NCBI RefSeq assembly: GCF_004010195.1
Contig: NC_057719.1
Location: 86,268,056-86,322,548, forward strand
Length of the DNA stretch: 54,493 nucleotides
From: Chiloscyllium plagiosum
Lineage: Eukaryota
Direction of reading: 5' to 3'
A program made the translations under genes and the position numbers. The notes below the pieces were generated by a model. The model was not told where the DNA came from, did not search any database, and was given only the letters and a program-made list of their open reading frames with translations. Within the stretch, counting starts at the first letter, position 1, and each line of letters starts with the position of its first letter. Of this stretch, positions 1 through 13,805 are shown piece after piece.

Positions 1-54
1 AATTCACTATGGATTTTGCTGAAATGGCTAATGTCATTTCAAGATCTGGTCATT

Positions 55-342
55 GATTAGATTAGATTACTTACAGTGTGGAAACAGGCCCTTCGGCCCA
101 ACAAGTCCACACCGACCCGCCGAAGCGCACCCACCCAGACCCATTCCCCTACACCTAACACTACGGGCAATTTAGCGTGGCCAATTCACCTAACCTGCAC
201 ATTTTTGGACTGTGGGAGGAAACCGGAGCACCTGGAAGAAACCCACGCAGACACGGGGAGAATGTGCAAACTCCACACAGTCAGTCGCCTGAGTCGGGAA
301 TTGAACCCAGGTCTCTGGCGCTGTGAGGCAGCAGTGCTAACT
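55..342 (-). mobile_element. HE1-like tRNA-derived shark SINE
   Basis: tRNA-like head with B box, central TGTGTGGAGTTTGCACATTCTCCCCGTGTCTGCGTGGGTTTC, CR1-like 3' end and (CTAAT)n tail. Confidence 0.85.
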
Positions 343-384
343 TGAGTTTTTAAGGTGCCGGCTTTATTGAAGTTAAAAGGCAAT

Positions 385-785
385 GCATTCAGGTTCCACT
401 CCAGATATCTGAGCAGGCATCTGTCTCAGACTTCAGAACAGTATTCAGGAAGTGTTGTTCTGTTGCAGGTGATATCTTTCAAGAATTATCAAACTGAGAA
501 ACATTTGCTTTAAATAGGTGGATAAAAAAATTTCTTCACTTTTGGGCAAAGAGGAATCAAGATGCTCCACTGGTTCCCGAGCCAAAATTAATTCTTCGAT
601 CAGCATGGCCAACACAGGCTGCCTGGTCATTTGTATAATTGCTGATTGTGGAGTTTGCAGAGTGGAAATTAGCTGTTGCCTTTCCTTAAACTACAACCAT
701 GACTGGAATTCAAAAATTATCATTGGGCTGTGACTCATTTTGAGATACCCAAGGTCATGAAAGGCATTATTTAAATTGTCATTTC
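385..785 (+). mobile_element. Old SacSINE1/DeuSINE-like element
   Basis: Collinear similarity to the recalled Deu-domain consensus (ccactccagagacttgagcac..., ctggtcatt...attgctg.ttgtggga.cttgc..., gtcgtgaaaggcgctatataaatg). Confidence 0.6.
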
Positions 786-888
786 TCAAATTGGATCATT
801 ACACATAACATGAAGCACATTACATACTGGAACATCACTCAATCACAATTTATTCCACATATTCAGCCAATAGAAATCCTACACCCAC

Positions 889-1069
889 CTTATTCTCTGT
901 GTTCAGGCTGATATCCACCAGTGTCTCAGAAGCATTCAGCCAGAAAATCCCCATGGTTTGGTTTTGTTTGTGTGCAAGGAGGAGAGGTACAGAGCCATAC
1001 ACTCCCATTCGACTGTGGAGTTTACATGCAAATACATCCAGATTATACAATCTGTAGGGATCTTCTTGA
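889..1069 (-). CDS. GANC: GANC coding exon 9 (QEDPYRLYNLDVF...YGSVPLLLAH...GIFWLNASETLVDI). The gene continues beyond the window start
   Basis: 181 bp, CAG...GTGGG. YRLYNLDV, YGSVP and FWLNASET motifs of GH31 neutral alpha-glucosidase. No signal peptide and linkage to TMEM87A favour GANC over GANAB. Confidence 0.96.
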
Positions 1070-1809
1070 CTGCAAATATATAAAATCAATCAAACAATGA
1101 TTGTTTAGTTATTCTTAATTTATAGAAGTGTGAAGACGTGTTTCCCTTGACATCTATGACTAATGACTCACTGCAGTCATGTATCAGTCATTTCGCGAAG
1201 ATTCAGTTTGTACATCACATTTTATATGTGTTTTTGGGCCATCCAAATCAGGTTTAAGCCCCAAGTACAGTTTTGTCTAAGTCACAACTGCTGGTAGAGA
1301 TTATAGAAATGGCAGGAGTTCTAAAATGAGTGGGAATGGTGGGAAGGGGAGAGCTAATCATTCATTGTTACACTTTCTGATGGTACTTAATAAATTATAC
1401 TGGAAGAAGTTATGATGGCATAAAACAATGATCAGTTACGGTCACCCATGAAGCACAGTTGCTTGAGTGAGTAGAGAGGGAGATTGGTAGCAATGGAACT
1501 GTACTCAGCTGGTGTTAGCACTTTAAAAGAATAGGATAAAAATAAACTGGAGAGTTTGAAATAAAGCAAGTTGGAAAGAAGAGAGTTCTGAAGTGGCAGA
1601 ATAACCCTACTCTCTCCCCAGAGGTAAATCAATCACTATTCCAAACACTTGCTTCTTTTTGAAGTAATCCCTGATTGGTTTCAATTAATGCATGCTGAAC
1701 TGAACAAAAGTGGAACCTTGGGATGATCACAAGTCTGGAAGAATCTCTTTCACAGTCAGTCACTTGTTACAAGACTCGGGTTACTCTTCTCAATTCTGGC
1801 AGTTCCCAC

Positions 1810-1906
1810 CTTGTAGTTTTCAGCCGTAAGTTCTCTGTGTGCTCTGGAATTCCATAAACATACTCGAAGCCATGCAGGGAGAAATCCAAGCCAACAGATG
1901 TTGGGC
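1810..1906 (-). CDS. GANC: GANC coding exon 8 ([31 protein letters not shown])
   Basis: 97 bp, TAG...GTGGG. GH31 glucosidase II-like motif [18 protein letters not shown]. Confidence 0.96.
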
Positions 1907-2427
1907 CTATAGTTGGAGGGAAAATAATGTAAAGGAATTCAGATTTTTTAAAAAAACATCTATACCAATACTCTTTTAAAATTCACTCTCTTGCAAACAA
2001 GCAAAACTTTACTTTCTTTCCATAAGACAGAGCCACAAAGTCAAAAAGACTTGACTGCACAGTGATAATTTGGGAAAAATTAAAAATTGTTTGGGCAAAA
2101 GCAAGTTGATTAAAGAAAGGTAGCATATATTTGTTAAGGGTAAATCATGTCCAATTAACTTGAAGAGGCAACAGAGGGTTCATATGGGTTGCAGATGTAG
2201 TGTGGCTATTTCTAAAAGGCTTTTGATACAATGCCATACAACAGCATAAAATAGAAGAAAAGACACATTAGCAATAGGGGCACAAGCTTGGTGGAGTTAT
2301 AGGGAACAGTGTGTTCGGACAAATGGATTTTATTTGGACTGAGGGTGGTTTGTAGTAGAGATACTTTGAGGTCAGTACTGGTGCTTGCTTTTCCTGTGTG
2401 TGCATACATATTAATGACCTATATGAG

Positions 2428-2770
2428 GGGAGGTGATGGCCTACTGATATTATCACTAGAATATTAATCCAGAGATATAGGTAATGTCCTAGAGACCAGG
2501 GTTTGAATCCTGCCATGGTAGATGGTAGAATTTTAATGCAATTTTTTTAAAAGTCTGGAATTAAGAGTCTAATGATGACCATGAATGCATCTATTATTGT
2601 TGGAAAACCTCAACTGGCTCACTAATCTCATTTAGGGAAGCAAAGTGCCATCCTTACCTGGACTGGCCTACATGTGACTCCACAGAAATGTGGTTGACTC
2701 TTAAACAAGGTATAGGCAATAAATGCTGCCCTGGCCAATGATGCCACATTCCATGAATGAACATAAAAAA
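2428..2770 (+). mobile_element. tRNA-derived SINE (second family) sharing a LINE-type 3' tail. Diverged copies at about 22060-22280, 23800-24110 and 51480-51770
   Basis: B box GGTTTGAATCC. 3' end ggcaataaatgctg..ctggcca..gatgcc.acat.ccatgaatga also ends LINE fragments near 21040 and 43510. Confidence 0.6.
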
Positions 2771-4959
2771 AGTCTTTCAGCCCCAAGAGTAGCTACAGGG
2801 TGGGACACAGCATACTTCAGGAGATAGTGAGAGCATGGAAAGAAGGCATGGTAAAGTCATGGGTGACTTTAATGTTCTTGTAGGTTGTGTTTGTCTGATT
2901 GGCAGAGTTAGCCATGAAGAAGAATTCCTAAAGTGTATTAGGGACAGTTACCTAGAATAATATGCTATGGATCCAACCAGGGATCAGGATACATTGGATT
3001 TAAAGGTAGGTAATGAGGCAGGTTTAATAACTGATCTGAGTAAAAAAATCCCCTCAGAAACAGCGATCACAACATCTTAGAAATAACATCTCGTAATTTT
3101 AAAAACCCAACACATAGACATTGCCTGTAATTATGAAAGGTTTTTTACACTGTCCCACATTGTATCCCAATTTGCGAATGGTAACCAGAACAGGACCCGT
3201 TTGCAACTTGAGAATGCCTGCAGTCTTAGGTTATCACTGTATATGTCATATTTTTAGTTTCTCTCCTTATTTTACATATGCCTTTTCCCTATAAGTCTTA
3301 AATTTATTTGTGTTTACTTATGTAGGGATATCTAATAGGTATGACAGAGTCTTCTGGAAATGCTTAATTCTCTTCAGTTCAAATGACCCAGAGATAAAAA
3401 TTATCTCTACATTGTGGAAATTTCAATCTCTGTTCTGGCTCGATCTCAATACTTCCGAACTAATCTGTTGGTTGCTTTTTTTTACAATGGCGAGACTTTT
3501 TGAGGACTGCTGCAGATTTTCAATTACATATAAGCTAGACCAAATATTAAAATGTCTGTTCTGTCATAAAAAAGCCAAACTGAGATTTAAGATTATCAGC
3601 AGTCCAAATAGCTTTTTCTCTGTTTACAGTGCAGGCCTAGCTATCTGTCATTTACTTTGGCTATCTTCTCTCACTGAGTGTCAACACAAACATCAATCCA
3701 AATTGCACTAAACATTTCTCAGCAAACATCCAAATAAACTGAAACCAGCAAATTTCCCTTGGATGTCCTCAAGCAGACTTTTAAGATATGCATCTCTGAA
3801 TTAAAAATTGACACTAAGTGGAATTTGATCACAATTCAGAGTTAACATAACAGTTGATCAGTGGTTTACAAGTTGATTGCCTTGTTATCCCTGCTGCAAG
3901 ATATCTAATTAGAAGAAACTTTTAAAGAGATAACATCTTTTTTTATATTGAGGTTACAGATCAATTCTATTTCTTTGCATATTACAGGTCTAGAATAGTC
4001 TGCTTCTGGGGTTCTTAGAATACATTAGTAATGTTCCTACCGATGAACCAGTCCTGGGTTCAAGCCCCATCTACTCCAGAGGTGCACCATAAGATCTCTG
4101 AAAGATTGATTAGAAAATATCTAGGCTGCTGTTTGGTTGGGGTGTAGAATATATGGATTGAAGAAAAATCCAAAAAACATTCTATGAACCCATTTTTGAG
4201 ACTACCTTTGCCAATCTGATTCTCCAAACCAAATGCAGACTAAATGGCAACTTGGTTATGTGGTAAAGTTCTTACATGCCTAATTTATTCCTGCATGCTT
4301 TTCCAAATATAGAGATGATGTCAGATACCCTACAGTTACCATGAAAGGAAGGCTGCTTGCATTATAGTAGAAGTGATACAACAATGCACAATCTTGATTT
4401 GTTCAGCTTATATGGCTATTTTGCTTCTGTGTCCAGCCAGAACTGCAGAATAACTGTGCACTTGTGAGACCCATGCATGCAATAAAACGACAGAGACTTG
4501 ACTTTGTTGATCTGGGAACATAGTTTCCCAAACAGTGGGCAAGGCTCAGATAAACACCAATATGTTAAATCAAGACTACAAAAGAAAAAAAAAGCTTAGT
4601 CAATCAGAATGCTGTTTTGTCTTTGTTGCCACTTGAACTGTGTTGGTAAAAGTCAAGATGAAAGCATTCATTTTGGACATCATTCAAGAAGAAGTGTAAA
4701 ATAAATTACTTACGAAAGGAAACCTGTCCTGTGTAGATTGTGCATTTAGCCCAGTCACAAACTGAACTGTTTCTGTGCAGCTTTTTATGTACATTAATAC
4801 TTGACACTACAGATCATAAACATTGCTAAAAAGAACTTCAACTTCTAGTCTTCTTTCAGCAATGTTTAACTTTTGATGCGGTGATACACTGGTAACAGCC
4901 AGAAGCATGATGGAAGATACAATCAAGTAAAAGATTGTCAACTTAATACAGAAGTAATA

Positions 4960-5539
4960 CCTGCGCCCACAACTCCTCCCTCACCTCTATCCAAGGCCCT
5001 AAAGGAGCCTTCCACATCCATCAATGTTTTACCTGCACATCCACTAATATCATTTATTGTATCCGTTGCTCCCCATGCGGGTCTCCTCTACATTGGGGAG
5101 ACTGGACGCCTCCTAGCAGAGCACTTTAGGGAACATCTCCGGGACACCCGCACCAATCAACCACACCGCCCTGTGGCCCAACATTTCAACTCCCCCTCCC
5201 GCTCTGCCGTCCAGCTCAGCACTGTCCCCATGACTTGTCCGGACTTGTCCTACCTGCCTATCTCCTTTTCCACCTATCCACTCCACCCTCTCTTCCCTGA
5301 CCTATCACCTTCATCTCCTCCCCCACTCACCTATTGTACTCAATGCTACTTTCTCCCCACCCACAGCCCCCTTTAGCTTATGTCTCCACGCTTCAGGCTC
5401 TCTGCCTTTATTCCTGATGAAGGGCTTTTGCCCGAAACGTCGATTTTGCTGCTCCTTGAATGCTGCCTGAACTGCTGTGCTCTTCCAGCACCACTAATCC
5501 AGAATCTGGTTTCCAGCATCTGCAGTCATTGTTTTTACC
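4960..5539 (+). mobile_element. Penelope-like fragment, second family (GIY-YIG plus pLTR)
   Basis: Encodes FTCTSTNIIYCIRC..C(fs)LLYIGETGR.L..HFREH. Hammerhead core at 5414-5441. Ends about 20 bp from a GANC splice donor. Confidence 0.88.
5411..5444 (+). ncRNA. Minimal type I hammerhead ribozyme motif
   Basis: CTGATGA-A-GGGC-TTTT-GCCC-GAAA-CGTC. Intact core with stem II and palindromic ACGT stem III. Confidence 0.7.
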
Positions 5540-5559
5540 ACAGACATAATACTGCTTAC

Positions 5560-5626
5560 CATTGATTTTGATGTCAATAAATTCATGAAACTGCTCCTTC
5601 CACAAGCCAAGATCTTCTTCACTCTC
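5560..5626 (-). CDS. GANC: GANC coding exon 7 (ESEEDLGLWKEQFHEFIDIKING)
   Basis: 67 bp, CAG...GTAAG. Homologous to human ENQEDLGLWEEKFGKFVDIKANG. Confidence 0.95.
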
Positions 5627-6944
5627 CTGTAAATTCAAACCATTATCAAAAATTACAGGATTATCTACTTGGTCCAGTATTTCATCTGGCTGAAACCACT
5701 GATTAAAAATTACTCTTTCAAATCTGAATGGTGATCAAAGCTACTGAGGGAAGCATAGCCTTGAGTCAGAATTTTGCATATTGGGACTAAATTGAGTCTG
5801 AATGACAATCAACATTCAAACCTTCACATTTTATTTCAAATAAAGTTTTGTCTCTTAAATGTCTCTGTTGTCCTTAATGTATTTCCTTTCATTGGGCATG
5901 GTCACTTCCTTCTTATACCTTATCCATGCTTAAGTTTTGAAAGTGACTGTCAGTAAGCTCGTCAATTGACATGGATTCACTACAAATTTAAACTCTGCCT
6001 TCACCTAATATCATTCAGTTTTTCAGAAAAGATTACTGAGATCCAGCAGCCTGCTTGGTTTGTATAGTTTAGTAATACAGTGTGGTGCCTGGTATCTAGA
6101 GAGAAGTCCTTGCTGGACAGTGAAATAAAATGGAAAACACCGCTGATTTACCCACCATGTGAAATTTTAGCTGGGGCTTCTCCACTTGTTCCATACACTA
6201 CTTTTACAAAGCAGGCAGGCCATTGTGTTAAGTCTCAGTGTACAATAGCAAGAGGATTACAATATACGGCTTCAGCATTATGAGTTAGGGAAAGGTAGAA
6301 AATCAGGCAATATTCCTGATTTTTATCATTAATTAATGACCTCCATGGCAAATGTTATATATGTGCAAACAACCTATGAAATCTGAAACAAAAACAAACT
6401 GTGCTGGAAGGTCTGGCAGCATCAACGGAGAGGGAAGGATTCAAGTGACATGTTTCGTTCATCACATGTTGCCACTTGATCGAACTGTATTCCAGCACTA
6501 GTTGGTGGGCAGGAAAAGAAAGCAGAAAGAGGAAAAATCGAACGCTTTAAAAAAAAAAGGAACTATTTTTCCAAGTAGCTCTAACTTTTAGGGTTTCACA
6601 CCAATTCTAGGAAAGCCACACTGGGGAGAAATCCTCTGCAACATTTCATCTCAAATAAATTTCTACTACAACCCTGTTGTAGTAGATTCAAGTGGACTCA
6701 AAACATGGACTTTATTTCTCTCCATAGACGGTGCTGGAGCTGCTGATTTTCTCCAGCATTTACTATTTTGTTTGATTTTCACAGTGTTTCCACACAGTGT
6801 TCAGAACTCTGCGCTCAGTAAGTTAGGCCACTTATAAAAAGGCCAAAGATTTATGCAGCTCTCAGCATTTGGTTGCTATTCCACATAAGCCATTGCTACC
6901 TTGAAGTCTGAGAGTGCAAATTTTACTCATGACACCTAGTGGAT

Positions 6945-9040
6945 TCACAATCTATCATTTGGGAATCCCTGTCTTAGGGGTTACCATTGACCAGAAACTG
7001 AACTGGATCAAACAAAAATATAGCATGACTACAACAATAGATCAGAGATGAGGAATTCTACAGAATTCTAGTCCTGACTCCACAAAGCCTATAGACCATC
7101 TAAAAGGTACAAGTAAAGAGTGCAATAGAATCCTCTTAGTTTGCCTGAACAAGTGCTCGGTTCAAGGATCATGAGGTGCTGTGGGCCATTAGTAGCAGCA
7201 GAAAGAAGACAATCTGCAACTTCATTGCCTTGCATAATCCCAATTTGAACATAATCATCAAGCCAACCTGGTTCAACAAGAACTGCAAGAAGGCATACCA
7301 GCAGCAACAACATGCAATGAGTTTTCAGCTTGGTGAAGCTATAAAACAGGACTACCAGCATGCCAAAAACATAAACAATAAGTCATAAATAAAGCTAACT
7401 GATTCATCAATTATATATCAGATCTAAGCTCTGTAGTCTAGTTACATCCAGTTGTGAATTTTGGTGGAGGCAGCTCCACAAATATCTTCATCCGGGAGAG
7501 CCAACTGAATGATGCACATCATCCTCAAGAAGTCCTCAACGTCACAGATGAAGGTCTTCAGTCAATTAAATTTACTGCACATAGTATCAAGAAGTAGCTG
7601 AAGGCATTGGGTATTGCAAAGGCCAGAGCCCTATGAACATTCCAACAAATGTGCTGAAAATTCTTCTTTCTGCTGCTACTAATGGCCCACAGCACCTCAT
7701 GATCCTTGAATTAGTCAAGCTGTCCCAGTACAGCTGCCACACTGGCATTGAGATGACTATGTGGAAAATTGCTCAGGTGTGCCTTGTACACAAAAAGCAG
7801 GACAAATCTAACCCGGCCAATTACCGCCTCAGCAATCTCCTCTCAATCATCAGTAAAGGCTTGGAAGGAGTCATCAACAATGTTATTAAACCTGCTTTTC
7901 AATAACTTGTTCACTGACCCTCAGTTTAGGTTCCACCAGGGTTACTCAGCTCCTGATCTCATTACATTCTTAAATGAAACATGAACAAAAAAGCTGAATT
8001 CCAGAGGTGGGCTGAGAGCTAATGTCCTTGACATGAAGGTCACATTTGAGCAAGTGTGGAATCAAGCAGCTCTAGCAAAACTGGAATAAATGGGAATCAG
8101 GGAAAAACTCTCTGCTGATTAGAGTCATACCTGGTACAAAGGAAGACACTGTGATTGTTGGAGATCAGTCAACCCACCTCAAGGACATTTCTCCAGCAGT
8201 TCCTCAGAGTAGCGTCCTATGCCCAACCATCTTGCATTGCTTCATCAGAAGGACAGGAGTGGAGATGTTCGCCGTTGACTGCACAATATTTAGCACCATT
8301 CACAACTCATTAGATACTATGTCCATGTCCAAATGCAGGAAGACCTGCTCAAATCCAAGCTAGGGCTGACAAGTGATAAGTAATATTCACATCACACATG
8401 TGCCAAGCATGGAACATCTCGACCAAGAAACAAATTAACCATCACCTCTTGACATACAGAAGCATCACCATCACTGAATTCTGCAATATCAACATTCTGG
8501 GGGTTATCATTGACTAGAATCTAAACTGGACTAGCCATAGAAACACAGTGGCTACAACAGCAGGTCAGAAGCTATGATTCTGCAACTTACCAACTCCCAA
8601 AACCTGTCCACCATCTACAAGGCACAAATTGTGAGTATAATGAAATACTCCCCACTTGTCTGGATGACAGCAGTTCCAACAATGCTCAAGAAGCTTGATA
8701 CCATCCAGCACCACATTCACAACCAACACTCAGTTGCAGCAGTGTGTACTGTCTACAACTCTGCAGAAATTCACAAAGACTTCTGACATACTTCCTTCCA
8801 AAACCATGATTACCACCAGAAAGATGAACAAGGGTTGCAGATATGCAGGAACACCAAAACTTGCATATCACCATTCCTTCAGTACAGCTGGGTCAAAATC
8901 GTGGAACTCCATCCCTATTGGCATTGTGCGTATATCAAAGCAAATGGATTGCAGTAGTTTAAGAAGGCAGCTCACCTCCACTTTCTCAAGAGCAATTAGA
9001 GACAATGAATTCTAACTGAACTAGGCAAACCGCATTGTTG
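6945..9040 (+). mobile_element. Degraded CR1/L2-group LINE
   Basis: WKIAQVCLVHKKQDKSNPANYRLSNLLSIISK, VPQSSVLCP, MFAVDCT (decayed FADD). Confidence 0.85.
7161..7710. repeat. Perfect 49 bp inverted repeat (7161-7209 and 7662-7710)
   Basis: TTCAAGGATCATGAGG...GAAAGAAGA and its exact reverse complement. Confidence 0.95.
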
Positions 9041-9809
9041 ATTTTTAAAAATTTATATCTCCTTCTGTAGCTTTGTCTAATACTTTGCCTTATCAAACAC
9101 CTGAAGTATTTCATTACCTTAAAGGCATAACATAAATAAACATAACTGTCGCTGAAATGCTTATTGCTTTCTTTCTCTAATTCTCGGATCATAGCACGAT
9201 AGGTTCATTATTTTGAAGGAGATAGTAACCTTTCGTTCCAGTGTGTTAGAGGAGATACCCTATCAGCAAATAAATATCCAAAGTCAGTTCACGTAAATCC
9301 GAGAGCTCCAGAAGTCTATTTGAAGGTTGAAATCTTTTTGCAACATCAACAATCAACAAGTGGGGCAAAAGAGGTAGAATTTGCTTACTAATAATGAAAA
9401 TTCATTGAAAATGTTAACCATTCATGCACGATTCATACAGAAGGAAGTGGATAAAAGCCTTTTGTATTGTTAACATTGAAGAATTTTAGATTCCTTGAAT
9501 CCTTGATTGTCCAGTCAAAAGTTTTCTATAAGCCATTTTCTCCAATCTTAGAAAATCTAATTGCATTACTGCCAAATCTCTCAAAATTTGAGACAGTCTT
9601 TTGCTTCCTCCTTCTGACGGTCTGTTCTGCACCTCCTGAATGCGTTTGCCCCCAACTTTTCTTGACTGCCACACTGGGATAGACAAAAGCAGCAGATGAT
9701 TCAAAACAGATTTTTACAGTACATATGTCTGTAAGAAACAGACTTTTACCATCGTTCCTGCTTTCTAGTATTTGGACTGTTTTCCAAACACCACCTACTT
9801 GTTCCTTAC

Positions 9810-9867
9810 CTCCTGGGTCTCCATGTCACGTTTTCTTTTGCCTTCCTGTCGGCTTCCTGTTATGTTT
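9810..9867 (-). CDS. GANC: GANC coding exon 6, divergent linker (NITGSRQEGKRKRDMETQE)
   Basis: 58 bp, polypyrimidine tract plus TAG acceptor and GAG|GTAAGG donor. Bridges phase 2 to phase 0 between flanking exons. Low sequence conservation. Confidence 0.7.
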
Positions 9868-10136
9868 CTATATGCACAAAATAGAAAATTACTATTCTGA
9901 GCTTCATTACCAAATATACTAATTGTTTTCAAAGTGAAGTAGTTAATATATCTGAATAAAATTTCATCATATTCTATTTTAGTATACCTGCTAATCCTTC
10001 AAATTAATACCAACAACTTCATTCAATTACAGTATTTTCACATTAAATTAATCTTTTAATTTGCAACATGTTTGTTTTTCACTAAAAAGAGGAATGCAAA
10101 GAATTCAGTTAAACACTTTGCCAGGTGGAAGGTCAG

Positions 10137-10435
10137 AATAGAATCATAAAATCCCTCGTGTGGAAGCAGGCCATTTGGTCCATTAACTCCACTCCAACCC
10201 TCCCAAGAGCATCCTACCAAGGTCCACCCCACTACCCTATCCCTGTACCCTGTAAATCCATCTCGCCTGCACAGCCTTGGACACTACAAACACAGCATGG
10301 CCAATCCACCTAACTTGCACATCACTGGACTGTGGGAGAAAACTCCACACAGACACAGGGAGAATGTGCAATCTCCACACAGACGTCACCGGACAGCTGA
10401 ATTGAACACGGGTCCCTGACACAGTGAGACAGTAT
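10137..10435 (-). mobile_element. HE1-like SINE
   Basis: Same family as 55-342, more diverged. Confidence 0.8.
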
Positions 10436-10469
10436 TAGGCAAGAACTTTCAAAAAGGATATGGAAGATA

Positions 10470-11953
10470 TAGAATGGAGGGAAATAAATAGTGACACACT
10501 GAAAAATGTCTATATGACTGAAGAGGAAGTACGGATGTCTTGAAAACTCATTAAGGTGGATAAATCCCCAGAACCTGATCAGGTGTACCCTAGAAATCTG
10601 TGGGAAGCTAGAGAAGTGATTGCTGGGCCCCTTGCTGAGATATTTGTATTATCGATACTCTCAGGTGAGGTGCCGGAAGACTGGAGGTTGGCTAACGTGG
10701 TGCCACTGATTAGAGTGGTGCTGGAAAAGCACAGCAGTTCCAGCAGCATCCGAGGAGCAGTAAAATCGACATTTCAGGCAAAAGCCCTTCATCAGGAATA
10801 CAGGCAGAGAGCCTGAAGGGTGGAGAGATAAGTGAAAGGAGGGTGGGGGTTGGTGGTGGGCAAGTTGTTGGAGGGAATTCCTGAGGGACAGGATGTACAT
10901 GTATTTGGAAAGGCAAGGACTGATTAGGGATAGTCAACATGGCTTTGTTCGTGTGAAATCATGTCTCACAAACTTGAGTGAGTTTTTGAACAAGTATCAA
11001 AGAGGATTGATGAGGGCAGAACAGTAGATATGATCTATCTGGGCTTTAGTAAGGCATTCAACAAGGTTCCCCAAGGGAGACTGGTTAGCAAGGTTAGATC
11101 TCATGGAATACAGGGAGAACTAGCTATTTGGATACAGAACTGGCTCAAAGCTGGAAGACAGAGGGTGATGGTGGGCGGTCGTTTTTCAGACCGGAGGCCT
11201 GTGACCAGTGGAGTGCCACAAGGATCGGTGCTGAGCCCTGTACGTTTTGTCATTTTATATAAATGATTTGAATGCGAGCAAAGGAGGTACAGGTGATAAG
11301 TTTGCAGATGACACCAAAATTGGAGGTGTAGTGGACAGCGAAGAAGGTTACCACAGATTACAACAGGATCTTGATCAGATGGGCCACTGGGCAGAGAAGT
11401 GGCAGATGGAATTTAATTCAGATAAATGTGAGGTGCTGCATTTTTGGAAAGCAAATCTTAGCAGGACTTATACACTTAATGGTAAGGTCCGAGGGAGTGT
11501 TGCTGAACAAGAGACCTTGGAGTGCAGGTTCATAGCTCCTTGAAAGTGGACTTGCAGGTAGATAGGATAGTTAAGGCGGCATTTGATATGCTTTCATTTA
11601 TTGGTCAGAGTAGTGAGTACAGGAGTTGGGAGGTTATGTTGTGACTGTACAGGACATTAGTTAGGCCACTGTTGGAATATTGCATGCAATTCTGGTCTCC
11701 TTCCTATCGGAAAGATGTTGTGAAACTTGAAAGGGTTCAGAAAAGANNNNNNNNNNNNNNNNNNNNNNNNNNNGGTACAATTGCAACATTTAAGAGGCAT
11801 TTGGATGGGTATATGAATAGGAAGGGTTTGGAGGGATATGGGCCGGGTGCTGGCAGGTGGGACTAAATTGGGTTGGGATATCTGGTCGGCATGGACGGGT
11901 TGGACTGAAGGGTCTGTTTCCATGCTGTACATCTTTATGACTCTATGACTCTA
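10470..11953 (+). mobile_element. CR1 LINE (5'-truncated) with a Penelope pLTR insert at about 10709-10860
   Basis: [36 protein letters not shown]. (ATGACTCT)n tail. N gap at 11747-11773. Confidence 0.92.
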
Positions 11954-11954
11954 A

Positions 11955-13805
11955 GTAAGTTCAAAGAATTGAATGCATAGCTCAAAGACTGGTGTGGAAG
12001 AAATAGGTTTTGATTCGTGAGTCACCAGCACCAGAACTGGAAAACGGGGAACAATAATATCGCAACAGCTTTCACCTGAATCATATTGGATCTAGTGCCC
12101 TGATGAGTTTCATAATTAAGCACCGATAGGATATGGTAACCAGGGTGTGACAGGAAAGGAAACTGTATACGCACAAGACTTAACCAACGAAGCTGGTCAG
12201 AGTATGGGAGAAAGACTTTAGCAATAGAGGAGTGTATGGGTGAAAAGAGATGTAGATATCCAAAGATAAATGTTGAGGCAATATGATTGTATATCAATAT
12301 GCGCAAAGGTAATTTGAGTGAGAACTGGAAGGGACAGAGAGTTTAATATCTTTAATATATCATAAAGTAAGGTCCATTCAAGGAATTGTAATAAGTACTG
12401 AAGTTATTTACTTGTGCTGCATCAGCATAAAGCCATGATGTGGTGGCACAAATAAAGTTACAGGAAATGCTTTAGTTCTAACTACTACTGAGAGCTATGT
12501 ACACGTTAAGCAAGGTTGGCAAATAAATATTCCAAGGTACAAAACAGTTTGAAAAGTCACAAAGGAAAAGGATGATATTATGGACATCAATGAGAAAGGA
12601 TCTTCAGTCAAAAAAAATTCAGGAAATTGTGACAGCATGGTGGAGATTGGCATATTTGGATTTCCACAAGAAATGCAATAAAATGCCACACAAAAGATGA
12701 ATGCACAAGGTAAGGCTCATTGAGTTGGGTAATACGTGCGCATGATTAAAGGATTGTCAGGAAGTGGAAAATAGGGATAAATGGGGCAATTTCAAGTTAG
12801 TAGAAATGTGACTAATGGAGTGGCATAAAAATTAGTTCTGGGGTTTTAACTGTTTACAAGCTACCTTAATGACTTTGGTAAAGAGATAAAGGCTGTTGTG
12901 GCACAGCAGTAGTATCTCTACCTCTGCAAAGTTTAGGGTTGTGTTTAAGTCCCACCTACTCTAACAACTTTAAACAGGTTGGTTAAAAATATTTAGACAT
13001 CGAGACAGAGAGTAAAGTATTCAAGTTTGCTGATGATATAAATCTTCATGGGAACACAAGCTGTGAGGAAATAAAGACACTGCAAAAGAGATAGACAGGA
13101 TAACTGAGTGGTCAACAAGGTGACAGATAGGGTAAAACATTGAGGAGTGTGAGGTTATTCATTTTGTTTGTAAAGACAGAAAAGCAAAACTTTTTTAAAC
13201 AGTGTGAAACTTGGAAATGTTAATATTCAAATAGGCTTGGCTATACTCATATAAGGAACACAAAAAAAAAGCATGGAGGCACAGCAAGCAGTTCGGAAAA
13301 CAAATGGTGATTTGCCCTTTCTTGCCAGGGGATTGGAGTACAAAAGTAAAGTCTTGCTACTCCAGTTTACTAAGACCACATTTGGAATGTTGCGTGCGAT
13401 TTTGATCTCAAATATAAAGAAGGCTATTTTTGCATTTGAGGCAGTACAGTGAAGGTTGGTCGCATTGGTCTTGGGACAGAAAGGTCTATATTCTCTGCAG
13501 TTTAAAAGAATGAGAAGTAATCTCATTGAAATATTCATGATTAAAAAGGGCTTGACAGGACATACTCTGAGGCACTGTCTCCCCTGGCTGGGAAAATGCA
13601 TACCAGCTGGTTGTTTCAGCATCAGGGAACAACTGGTTGTGAAGCTGAAATTCTCTATCTCAACAGGATTGTGGATGCATCATCAATGGATATATTTAAG
13701 GCTGACAGAGACAGGTTTTTGGTCTCTAAGATCAGCCAAAATCGAAGCCATGGAAGCCTAGGTTCAAATAGCCAGTCTTTTCCTGCTCCTATTTCTTATA
13801 TTCTT
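11955..13805 (+). mobile_element. Older, heavily decayed CR1 fragments
   Basis: aagtttgctgatgat at 13023 (KFADD), FKRMRSNLIE, and a CR1-type 3' end. Confidence 0.7.
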
